64,000 nt of DNA, from NCBI GenBank assembly GCA_965249555.1, contig OZ252243.1, forward strand, positions 2,166,440 through 2,230,439, in the 5' to 3' direction. Positions 22,428 to 30,954 of the stretch are shown here, piece by piece. The notes under the pieces were generated by a model that saw only the letters and a list, made by a program, of their open reading frames with translations, made no database searches and was not told the DNA's origin. The stretch is from Nitrosopumilus sp. Lineage in GTDB: Archaea > Thermoproteota > Nitrososphaeria > Nitrososphaerales > Nitrosopumilaceae. Every line of letters starts with the position of its first letter. Within the stretch, counting starts at the first letter, position 1. The position numbers and the translations under genes were made by a program.

Positions 22428-22978
22428 CTACACTCTCAATTGCTGAGAATGTAAAAACTGATGCAATAGCTTCCAAAAGGAAGATAGATGTCTTTCCGAT
22501 CATTGGTTACCAAAAGGTAATTAATTATACAAACATGATCGTGGCTATTTGACTATGGAAGAACCGATATGACAAAAACCACATGATGGTAATTTCATCC
22601 AACAACTATCCAGCACAGATAACAGAACTCAATCTAAAATAATTTTGGTTTGTTTTTTAATAGATATAGTTTGTCATTTTTAATCTCATAGAAGAATATG
22701 GTATTATCAGAATCACGTGTTGCTTTGATTATTGTTTTATTGTTAAAAAAATTCAATTTTACAAGAGAGTCAAGTTCTTGTTCCAACTTTATTCTTATTT
22801 CCCATTCATTCATAAGCTTACTTCTGCTAGTTTGTCTTTAAAGTTAACGTTGGAATATTCAAAAAAAATATTTCATGTCAGTTGTAGCATGTGTGTATGG
22901 CATGTCATATAATGAGAAACTCAGTAACACAACAAAAATAATTTGTGTTGAGACAAGAAATTAATTTAATATGCAATG

Positions 22979-24991
22979 CTAGGTAATTAATTTTACATCA
23001 TTAATATCAATTATACTTTTTGCGTCAAACCATCCTCCAGTCTTTGAGACAAAGAAAGCTCGTCTTACTTTCTCATTTATTGGGATTTCTGCAAGGTTAT
23101 GTTTTTTTATCCAGAATTTGTACATTTGAGGAGTCATCCAATTTCTTCCACCACTTGACTCTATAGAATATAACAAAGCTTCTGTCTGTAATGAGAAAGA
23201 GCCAAACTTATCTATTAGTTCTGATGTGATGTCTTTTTCTTTTAGAATTGGGATAATAAAGTGGCGCATTTCTTTTTGCAAAAATTCAATTCTTTTTCCT
23301 GTATCTCTGCTGACTGTAACTGGCTCCAAAATATCTTCTTCCACAGCACTGCCCTTTAACACGATTGATGGAAATCCATCAAACATCACCACTTGATCTT
23401 CTGAGAATCCCCAGACTCTTCGTCCTATCATTCCTTGGGAATGATCAGGATCCGAGATTGTCTGATTCTGCAGTCTTTCAGATAGATTGTCATCATACAC
23501 ATACCATATTTTTTTTGCTTTGTCATGCCAACAATTATTGTAAATGTCTTCTGCTGGAATATTTTCAGGAGATACAAATGATGAAAGTGTAACTACATTT
23601 CTGTCTCGAATCTTCATCTCATCTTTTAATTCATCAAAAGTTAATGAACTGCCAAAGGTTGCAATTTTTCCATGTTCGCAATTTAATTTCTCTAACAGAT
23701 AGTTCATCCAAGAATCATCATATTCATCTGTACAGTCAATTAGTGGAATATTTTGAATCCATTTTTTGTAAGTTAAGAGACTTTTTGCATCAGATGCTCT
23801 TAGTGCCCTTGCGTTGTGAATTGCTTTTTTATCCTCAAAGTCATTTATTGTATCAAGTGATGGAATATCTGGATTACTCTCAAGTGAATCAATTGCTTGA
23901 GATATCTCTTTGTATTTTTTGGTCTTTTGAAGTTCCACAAAAGAATCCTTGTCGTCACATTGAGACTCCATTTCTACTTTGATATCATAGAGTTCCTTGT
24001 GTTTTTTATTAAATTCAGTTAGTTTAGTGAAAAAATCTAAAGATTCTTTTCTATACATTGCCTCTTCCTCTGGAATATTCTTGATTGTATCCAGATTAAT
24101 TCCTGCAAGCTTGCAGGATATGATTTTTCTATAATCATAGTCAGCAAAAGTAGGTGCAGAATATCCAAAGGTGTGTCTAACATGAAGTTTTAGATAATTT
24201 GAAAATTCTGGATTTCGTGTTTTGATCAAATTAAACATTTCATCATATGAAAGTTTACTATACTTTTTTTCTAGCTCAATGAATTCATGTCTAAATTTTT
24301 TTCGGTATGATGCAAATGCATCATTAATCTGAGTTCTAACCACATTGCTGTCTGTCTTTCCATTCATTTGAAAATCAAAGTAGAAATTGTTTTGAGAGTT
24401 CCATGGCTCCCTCCACAAGATTCTAACTTTCTTTTTGTGGTTTGTAACTAACAGTACATGCTCATATGGTACATCAAATACAATTCCTTCATCAGTTTCC
24501 AGTGCAAGTCCTGCATTTGTAACATAAAACAATCCTGTCCCCTTGTTTGTTTTAATGTCATGGTATACTGAAACAATATGCTCCCAACCGTGTACCATCA
24601 AAAATCCATACTGGTTAGTAGTTCTAGTGTTTAGTCGTTCATGTTCTTTTTGGATTTTTCTACATATATGATTAGCAGAGTATTCATTTTTATCTAATTT
24701 GTAGTCTGAATATTTTCTCTTGTGAATTGTAACACCGTTTGATAATACCTTTGGTTCATAAAACTGAATTCGAATCTTGTCTTTTTTGAGTGGAGATATT
24801 GAACGAACGTTACTCATCGGAATAGACATTATGATTTTTTTAGAATTATGTACAGATAGTTTGATATTTGTGATCTCCAAAGTCTGCGTTTTCTTTAGAG
24901 GGATAGTTGCAATTTCTATCTCGTGTTCTTGTCTTGCTAACATACTATCATATGATTCCTCTTCTTTTAAAGAAATAATCGTTTTAGGCAT
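22979..24991 (-). CDS. hypothetical 670-aa protein with PH-like N-terminal region
   Basis: Long intact ORF coupled to the VirB6-like gene; GTGLFYVTN...FDVPYEHV. Confidence 0.7.
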   Translation of the reverse strand: MPKTIISLKEEESYDSMLARQEHEIEIATIPLKKTQTLEITNIKLSVHNSKKIIMSIPMSNVRSISPLKKDKIRIQFYEPKVLSNGVTIHKRKYSDYKLDKNEYSANHICRKIQKEHERLNTRTTNQYGFLMVHGWEHIVSVYHDIKTNKGTGLFYVTNAGLALETDEGIVFDVPYEHVLLVTNHKKKVRILWREPWNSQNNFYFDFQMNGKTDSNVVRTQINDAFASYRKKFRHEFIELEKKYSKLSYDEMFNLIKTRNPEFSNYLKLHVRHTFGYSAPTFADYDYRKIISCKLAGINLDTIKNIPEEEAMYRKESLDFFTKLTEFNKKHKELYDIKVEMESQCDDKDSFVELQKTKKYKEISQAIDSLESNPDIPSLDTINDFEDKKAIHNARALRASDAKSLLTYKKWIQNIPLIDCTDEYDDSWMNYLLEKLNCEHGKIATFGSSLTFDELKDEMKIRDRNVVTLSSFVSPENIPAEDIYNNCWHDKAKKIWYVYDDNLSERLQNQTISDPDHSQGMIGRRVWGFSEDQVVMFDGFPSIVLKGSAVEEDILEPVTVSRDTGKRIEFLQKEMRHFIIPILKEKDITSELIDKFGSFSLQTEALLYSIESSGGRNWMTPQMYKFWIKKHNLAEIPINEKVRRAFFVSKTGGWFDAKSIIDINDVKLIT

Positions 24992-24993
24992 GA

Positions 24994-26727
24994 TTATTTA
25001 CTTGATCCTGTTTTTGTCTCATTACTAGAACTTCCCTGAGATTGTCCACCCTTTGCTCCAGCATATTGATCCATAGTCATCTGCTTAGATCCAGTACCAA
25101 CACCTCCAGTATATCCGCCTCCAGATTTAACATCTGCATTAATGTCATCAACTATATCTTGCTGCTTCAAGTCCTCCACTGTACCCTGAGACTCTTTCTC
25201 AAATGCATTATGGAATGAATCACTTCCTGTGGAATCACCGCCTCCACCACTAAATGCTCTGCCCAGTCCTCCACCTCCAGGAATAATTCTACCTGCAGAT
25301 CCTACATCATTTGAAAACGCAGCACCCATTGCACCCCTAGCACCTGTTGCTGCCCCTCCCATTACAGATGCCATCGCGCCAGGATGCCTGAACATATTTC
25401 CTATTGCCCCAAGCGTACTGTGTCCTCCTCCAGCCTTCATTCCTGAAAATCCAGCCATTGCACCACCAGCTGTACCTTTCACCATTCCGGCAGTGCCCAT
25501 GATACCACTCATGATTCCAGTCATCGTCATTTTTGCCATCATAGATGATACTGACCCGAGCATCGGCACGAACATCACTGGTGACATTATCACTAGTGTC
25601 AATGTAGCCATCGCATGCAGAGAGAAAAGAAACCTGTCAGGAACTATCGATACAATCTCATCAGGTGAAGTTATGGTGATGATTCGCTCTTCTTGGGTTA
25701 CCAGGTCAGTTGCCCCTGCAAGCATTATCAATGCCGCAAGTATTGGTGCAAAAAGCAGCGGAATAAACACGGTGGTTAGTGTATCAGATAGTTTGTCAAT
25801 TCCCAAAAATGGAATGCAACGCAGCACCAACAACAAGGGAAGGGACATGGCAATTACATCTACTAGTAAAAATCTCATGTCTGCAAGAAATACAGCCATT
25901 GATGTCAAAAAGAACAGCATACTAGTTTTAGTCAGGCCCACAAACAAAACTGACATTACACTGTCCGAGAAGACAGCCAGTTGCGCCTCTATCTTGGTCC
26001 CTATATCCCACCACTCGATATTTGATTCATCTGTAAATTCAAGTGCCTGGTCTGCCCCAAAGAGTGCCTTTGCAAACAGATAGTTTGGCAGCAAGTCTGG
26101 TCTGCACACAGAATTGGGATCCACATCCAACCCTAATGCTTTGGAGTGGTCTGCAACGTTTGTCATGTGTTGGTAAAATAATACATCTCTGGTACTTGTT
26201 ACGGCAGGACATGGATTATCCTCATCAAATGTGTATAACGGATTCATTAAAGATAATGCAGACTTCTCAGCAGTGTCAGATATTGGATCCCAAATGTATG
26301 GGAATATCAATAAAATAAGAACCCCAATCACTGCACCTTGCAGCATCTTTTTCATCACCTCATTTGATGCAAGCTGTGCTTGTTTGAGAATTAACAGCAT
26401 TCCAAAGAGGAAAAATACAAAGACAAACAACTGAAATGCCACATCGCGTAGAATCGAGAAGACCAAAAATGATGGATTGCCTGTCTCCTCTCCATTAATA
26501 ATTTGAAACTCAAAGTTTGGAACCCGGGTTGTAAGGTATGTAAAGTCTGCTGCCATGAAATTAATCAGCAAAGACATGGCACCAACGTATGCCAGAGTGG
26601 TTGCAACAGTAGTTAGAATTAAAATTGCAGCATCCCCACCTGGAAATGCTGAGAGGTCTCGGTTTAGGAATCGTACTATCTTATTCTCACATGTGAGTTT
26701 TGACTGTATCATCATATTTGCTGTCAT
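24994..26727 (-). CDS. VirB6/TrbL-like polytopic membrane protein of a conjugative system
   Basis: Multiple TM helices followed by a Gly/Ala/Ser-rich C-terminal tail; family inferred from architecture. Confidence 0.6.
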   Translation of the reverse strand: MTANMMIQSKLTCENKIVRFLNRDLSAFPGGDAAILILTTVATTLAYVGAMSLLINFMAADFTYLTTRVPNFEFQIINGEETGNPSFLVFSILRDVAFQLFVFVFFLFGMLLILKQAQLASNEVMKKMLQGAVIGVLILLIFPYIWDPISDTAEKSALSLMNPLYTFDEDNPCPAVTSTRDVLFYQHMTNVADHSKALGLDVDPNSVCRPDLLPNYLFAKALFGADQALEFTDESNIEWWDIGTKIEAQLAVFSDSVMSVLFVGLTKTSMLFFLTSMAVFLADMRFLLVDVIAMSLPLLLVLRCIPFLGIDKLSDTLTTVFIPLLFAPILAALIMLAGATDLVTQEERIITITSPDEIVSIVPDRFLFSLHAMATLTLVIMSPVMFVPMLGSVSSMMAKMTMTGIMSGIMGTAGMVKGTAGGAMAGFSGMKAGGGHSTLGAIGNMFRHPGAMASVMGGAATGARGAMGAAFSNDVGSAGRIIPGGGGLGRAFSGGGGDSTGSDSFHNAFEKESQGTVEDLKQQDIVDDINADVKSGGGYTGGVGTGSKQMTMDQYAGAKGGQSQGSSSNETKTGSSK

Positions 26728-27335
26728 GGCACAAACTCTACCACATTATCATACAGAATGTTCTCACCCTCATCTTTTGCAAGAAATCGCTTTACACCAT
26801 AGGTATCAATCAATATAGTACATGAGATGTCCCCCTTTCTGTCAGTGATGCCATTAGACACTAGTATGTCATCCACATGTATAGACACTGGCAAGAATCG
26901 TTCTCTGGTGTTTGTCTTGAGAGTTATTGTATATGGCTCCTCAAGATTTGAAATAGTGACAACTTCAGGTCCTAGATCTTTTGGAACCTCATCATTATTG
27001 ATAATTTCTGGCACAAATGCATCACCGCATCCCAAAAGAGATGAAGGTTCTTTTTTTGCCTTTTTTGATGTAGAATTGTTTGATAAATGAAAACGCAGAA
27101 AATTAATCAACTGTATCTCAAATGGTAAAAACTTGTATGTGACATATCCAAATATGAAGACCATTGCCCCCAACAATCCAAAGATTTGAGATATGGTTCC
27201 CTGGATGGCAGATGCAAACATCCAAGCCCCAATTAATGAGTAAAACAATTCCCTTGGCGAGAATGTCCTTATCTTAAAATCCAAGAAATTCACAAAAAAG
27301 AGGTTTTTGCTCTCTACTGAATAAATTCGCATCAA
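26724..27335 (-). CDS. PrgI/VirB3-like membrane protein
   Basis: Two N-terminal TM helices followed by a KFLPFE...FLRF motif; overlaps the VirB6-like start. Confidence 0.5.
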   Translation of the reverse strand: MMRIYSVESKNLFFVNFLDFKIRTFSPRELFYSLIGAWMFASAIQGTISQIFGLLGAMVFIFGYVTYKFLPFEIQLINFLRFHLSNNSTSKKAKKEPSSLLGCGDAFVPEIINNDEVPKDLGPEVVTISNLEEPYTITLKTNTRERFLPVSIHVDDILVSNGITDRKGDISCTILIDTYGVKRFLAKDEGENILYDNVVEFVP

Positions 27336-27589
27336 ATGTATAAGAATGGTTTCTATTAAAGGCAGAAATTGCTGTTACATGAAATATTTATTTGCAAATT
27401 TTTTAAAATAATTTAGAATCTATATGAACATGAAAGGAAGAGACATTAGTGGAATCAACCATGCCAAGTCAATTAGTGTCAAAACAATTCCTATAACCCA
27501 TAATGTGGCACCAACACTTTCCAAGCAGAATTTTCTACCGCAGAGTTACCAGTTCCATACAAACGAAATATTTTAAAGATATGTTGTTT

Positions 27590-27972
27590 CTAAAATTTTG
27601 AGAGTGTCACGTTTTTGTATCCTAATTCATCTGTAAGAAATCTATACGTGCCATACCAGACTGATGATGATTCCATGACCATATTGGCATGAATCGGTAT
27701 GTCTGTAAAATGTTTCCTGATTGATTCATGAGTGTTCTCAACTTTTATGTTTTGTAATATCTTTCCGTCATTATCCATTGTTGCTACTTGAAGAAATTTC
27801 TTGTGCAAGTCAATGCCAACATACATGCTCTTGTCTTTTTTTGCCCTAATCTGTTTCTTTGAGGACGATGGATTACGAGCCCCGGACTTGGGTTAATTTT
27901 TTATGCTATCTGAATTCCTTCTTTTTGTATTCACATATAGCTATTGATTTGTGCGTGAAGGTTGATACATAC
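27590..27972 (-). mobile_element. IS110 element B 5' fragment fused to an IS66 left end
   Basis: MYVGIDLHKK...VMESS; junction sequence identical to 44124-44160. Confidence 0.85.
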
Positions 27973-27993
27973 CGAAATTTTATCTAATATTTG

Positions 27994-28064
27994 TGGACTG
28001 GCAGGGAATCGAACCCTGACCTACTAGGTTTCACGTAGTGATTCTGCCATTAAACTACCAGCCC
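27994..28064 (-). tRNA. non-canonical tRNA, module 2: Ala-type acceptor (G3.U70, A73), anticodon GAA
   Basis: GGGCTGG TA GTTT AATGGCA GAAT C ACTA CGTGAAACC TAGT AGGT CAGGG TTCGATT CCCTG CCAGTCC A. Confidence 0.85.
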
Positions 28065-28098
28065 ACAAAGTTTTTAATCTGATGAATACTAATAATGT

Positions 28099-28143
28099 TA
28101 GGTTTCACGTAGTAAGGCTACCAATAAACTAGCCTATTTTTTT
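28099..28143 (+). ncRNA. predicted antisense small RNA against the module 2 tRNA
   Basis: TATA-like TTTTTAAT at 28071; 15 nt TAGGTTTCACGTAGT complementary to the anticodon arm; hairpin AGGCTA/TAGCCT; T7 run. Confidence 0.65.
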
Positions 28144-28606
28144 ATCTCAAATAGTATATTTTTATACAGATTTTGTAAATAAGGATATACAAATCTCAGA
28201 TATTGAAAAATGGTTATGATATAAAAAAACACATGCAAGAGAGATTAGATAGTGGAGATGTTAAAGTATTCAAATATTTAATGCCTTAACTATAGATATC
28301 CAAAGGTGAAAGTATTTTACATGATTCATTTGAGTCATTTGTTATAGCACAACCATTCTTACCTGTTACATAATTACCAAGATGTACAAAAAAACACATA
28401 ACCAATGGTTCCCAACAGTCATTAAAACTCAATTCTTCACTAGTATGGAAACAAATTAAAATAATGTTATAAAATTGTTCTTTTTGTAAAACACCCTTGT
28501 ATTCTCTACCATCATCAACAAATTCTACAGGTGAGGCCACATTCAAAACTGTAATTTGTGGCTTATCATTTACATTATCAACTGTTAATTTTACATTTGT
28601 TATTAA

Positions 28607-28813
28607 TTACAAGGATACTTTGATATGCTCGCAATCAGCATTTCTTGTTGTGTGATCTTTGCATTGACAAATCAATCCATTGTCTGTTGTTGATACAATG
28701 TAGGATTTTGACAAGTCAGTCTGTGATCTGATTTTGATTTTATTATTTCCAATAAACTTGGCAAAGTTTGGTTTTTCCATCATCTGTTTGGCTCTTTGTG
28801 TTAGTGGGTTCAT
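28607..28813 (-). pseudogene. SWIM zinc-finger N-terminal fragment (probably a truncated transposase)
   Basis: CQCKDH...CEHI motif. Confidence 0.55.
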
Positions 28814-28850
28814 GCAGACACCTCAAAAATTAATACAGAACAAAAAGAAG

Positions 28851-29000
28851 CGATGAGTGTGGGAATTGAACCCACGATGTCCTTCTCAGAGACAATCGCC
28901 TCATCAAGGCGACATCTTACCATGGGATTTGAACCCACGATCCGGAGGTTAACCAAGTGGTTTTTTCAGAACCACGCATACCTAACTTGGCGACCCTGAC
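28851..29000 (-). pseudogene. two fused class II (long variable arm) tRNA remnants with anticodons GAA and GAT
   Basis: 5' gene GTCAGGG...TGGTT CTGAAAA AACCA...GTGGG TTCAAAT CCCA lacks its 3' acceptor strand; 3' gene ...TCGCC TTGATGA GGCGA...GTGGG TTCAATT CCCAC ACTCATC G lacks its 5' strand. Confidence 0.75.
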
Positions 29001-29356
29001 GAGTTTCTATCATATAATTTGATCATTAAATTTTGAGTGCCAAAGTATAGAATGTAAAACGGATTATAATTGAGGATGAAAGGGTTTGTATAGTTTGGGT
29101 TTGTTATTTACTCCAAAAATAATACATGTATAAAGAAACAATCTAAACAAAATCCTCTAATGTTGTAACATGTGAAGAGAGTATGGCAAGAGTCCCCCTG
29201 AATACATTCATTTGTTATTACCTCTAATCTTCCAATTATGTGATTTGATATTTTCAAATATTTTGTTAAGATTGCAGGAATTATTTTAAGAGTGTTTAAA
29301 AATTTTGAAGATAAATTTAAAGATTACTAATATACATCCCATACTATTATGAATTA

Positions 29357-30433
29357 TTGAATAATACAACAACATCAATACTGCTTGCAGTCTTAGCTCT
29401 AGGATTAAGTGCAATACCTGCACTTGCAGAGACAGAGATCTTATCACCATTCAAACAATACAGTTCGGGAATACCAATAGATGAAATCCAATGTAATGGT
29501 TCTAAAATTTTAATGGAATCGCCACGAAACACTCCAGCTTGTGTAACTGAAAACTCGGTAGATAGATTGTTGCAAAGGGGATTTAATGTTTTAGTAATTA
29601 CTGTAATTGCTTCACCTATTGAAGAATTGGATGAAATTACAAGTAATCATACTGCTGAGACTTTCATAAAAACACCTATTCTTAATCCTACTAACATTGA
29701 TGACTTGATACCACAAGATTTTATACTTGATTATACATTAAAAATTCCTGTAGATAATCCTGATGACTTTGTACAAAAACTGGCAACCTTGCATGATGAT
29801 GAAATAACAAATAAATTTGTTCATTCTAGTGGTGCAAGATATGATACACAAAGAGGAACAATTACGATATATGATGACTATGTTCATGATTTTAAAATTA
29901 AATACACTTTCTTTGGAAAAGATAGAATACATCCTGACAAAGCAGAAGAAACAACTATGAATTTGCTTAGAGAATTAGGAATTGTACTTGATGGCACAGA
30001 AATGTTCAAGTATGAACCAGCACAAACATCCTCATTTACTTATTGGATAGTACAACAAAAAGATGGTTTCATAATAGACACAAATCAGATTAAAACAACT
30101 TTTGATGCAGGATATACGTTTTTTCATATCGGTAATTGGAATACTAATGTTTTAGATTTTGACATGTATGATTTTAATAAATCAAAAGAAAATGCTATAA
30201 AATATCTTTCTACAATTGACGAACTTGTTGGTGAAAATTGTAATGTAAAATATAAAAAAAGTTTAGATGATAGTTATAAAAGCATATCAATATTAAATGG
30301 GTATCCTGTATACAAGATTTATTCTGGCACTTGTCAAGTTGAATTGTGGGATGGTCATTATTATTCATATTATACAGTTATTGATGGACTTTCAGGAGAA
30401 CCGTTATTTGCTAGAAGTGGGATGATGTTATAA
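29357..30433 (+). CDS. secreted protein with thaumarchaeal SPFKQ...PACV N-terminal module
   Basis: Signal peptide; N-terminus paralogous to 3310..4794. Confidence 0.8.
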   Translation: MNNTTTSILLAVLALGLSAIPALAETEILSPFKQYSSGIPIDEIQCNGSKILMESPRNTPACVTENSVDRLLQRGFNVLVITVIASPIEELDEITSNHTAETFIKTPILNPTNIDDLIPQDFILDYTLKIPVDNPDDFVQKLATLHDDEITNKFVHSSGARYDTQRGTITIYDDYVHDFKIKYTFFGKDRIHPDKAEETTMNLLRELGIVLDGTEMFKYEPAQTSSFTYWIVQQKDGFIIDTNQIKTTFDAGYTFFHIGNWNTNVLDFDMYDFNKSKENAIKYLSTIDELVGENCNVKYKKSLDDSYKSISILNGYPVYKIYSGTCQVELWDGHYYSYYTVIDGLSGEPLFARSGMML

Positions 30434-30952
30434 ATGAAAACCATATTATTCTCTTTATTATTTTTATTTACTCTATCTGTTGTAACAAGTGAAATTTATG
30501 CACAACAAATACCAGGCGAAGATGAATTTACAGACTTTGGACCAGTAGGTACTGCAAATGAGTTAGATGAAACATGGGACAAAATGGTAATGATTATGGA
30601 TGGGTTGGATAGTTCTGATGTAGAATTGAATAAGGTTTTTGATGGAATACCAATTACACAAATGTATATTGGTAATGAAAAAACCGGACTACATATTGGA
30701 ATCACAGACGAGTTAGAAGATGAAGAATATTATGACCTCTTATCAAATCTGAAAACAGTTTTTCCTGACATTACATATACAGTTACTCGTGATGGTTACT
30801 TTACTTTTGCCCAATCATCTACAACAGTAATAACAAAAACAACGAGTCCAAATTTACCAATTCCTGATAACGGAAGACAACAAAATGCAATTAGTACAAG
30901 CCATGATACAATCATCACCACCTCTTGCTCTGATATAATCATCACCATTTAA
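30434..30952 (+). CDS. secreted protein, probably 3'-truncated
   Basis: Signal peptide; ends shortly after a PNLPIPDN motif and abuts a convergent gene. Confidence 0.55.
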   Translation: MKTILFSLLFLFTLSVVTSEIYAQQIPGEDEFTDFGPVGTANELDETWDKMVMIMDGLDSSDVELNKVFDGIPITQMYIGNEKTGLHIGITDELEDEEYYDLLSNLKTVFPDITYTVTRDGYFTFAQSSTTVITKTTSPNLPIPDNGRQQNAISTSHDTIITTSCSDIIITI

Positions 30953-30954
30953 TG

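Noticed and set aside
27994-28064. Ordinary tRNA-Phe/Leu genes or neutral pseudogenes
   Set aside because: The acceptor stem has Ala identity, the Leu-anticodon copy lacks a long variable arm, and compensatory changes in all stems indicate selection.
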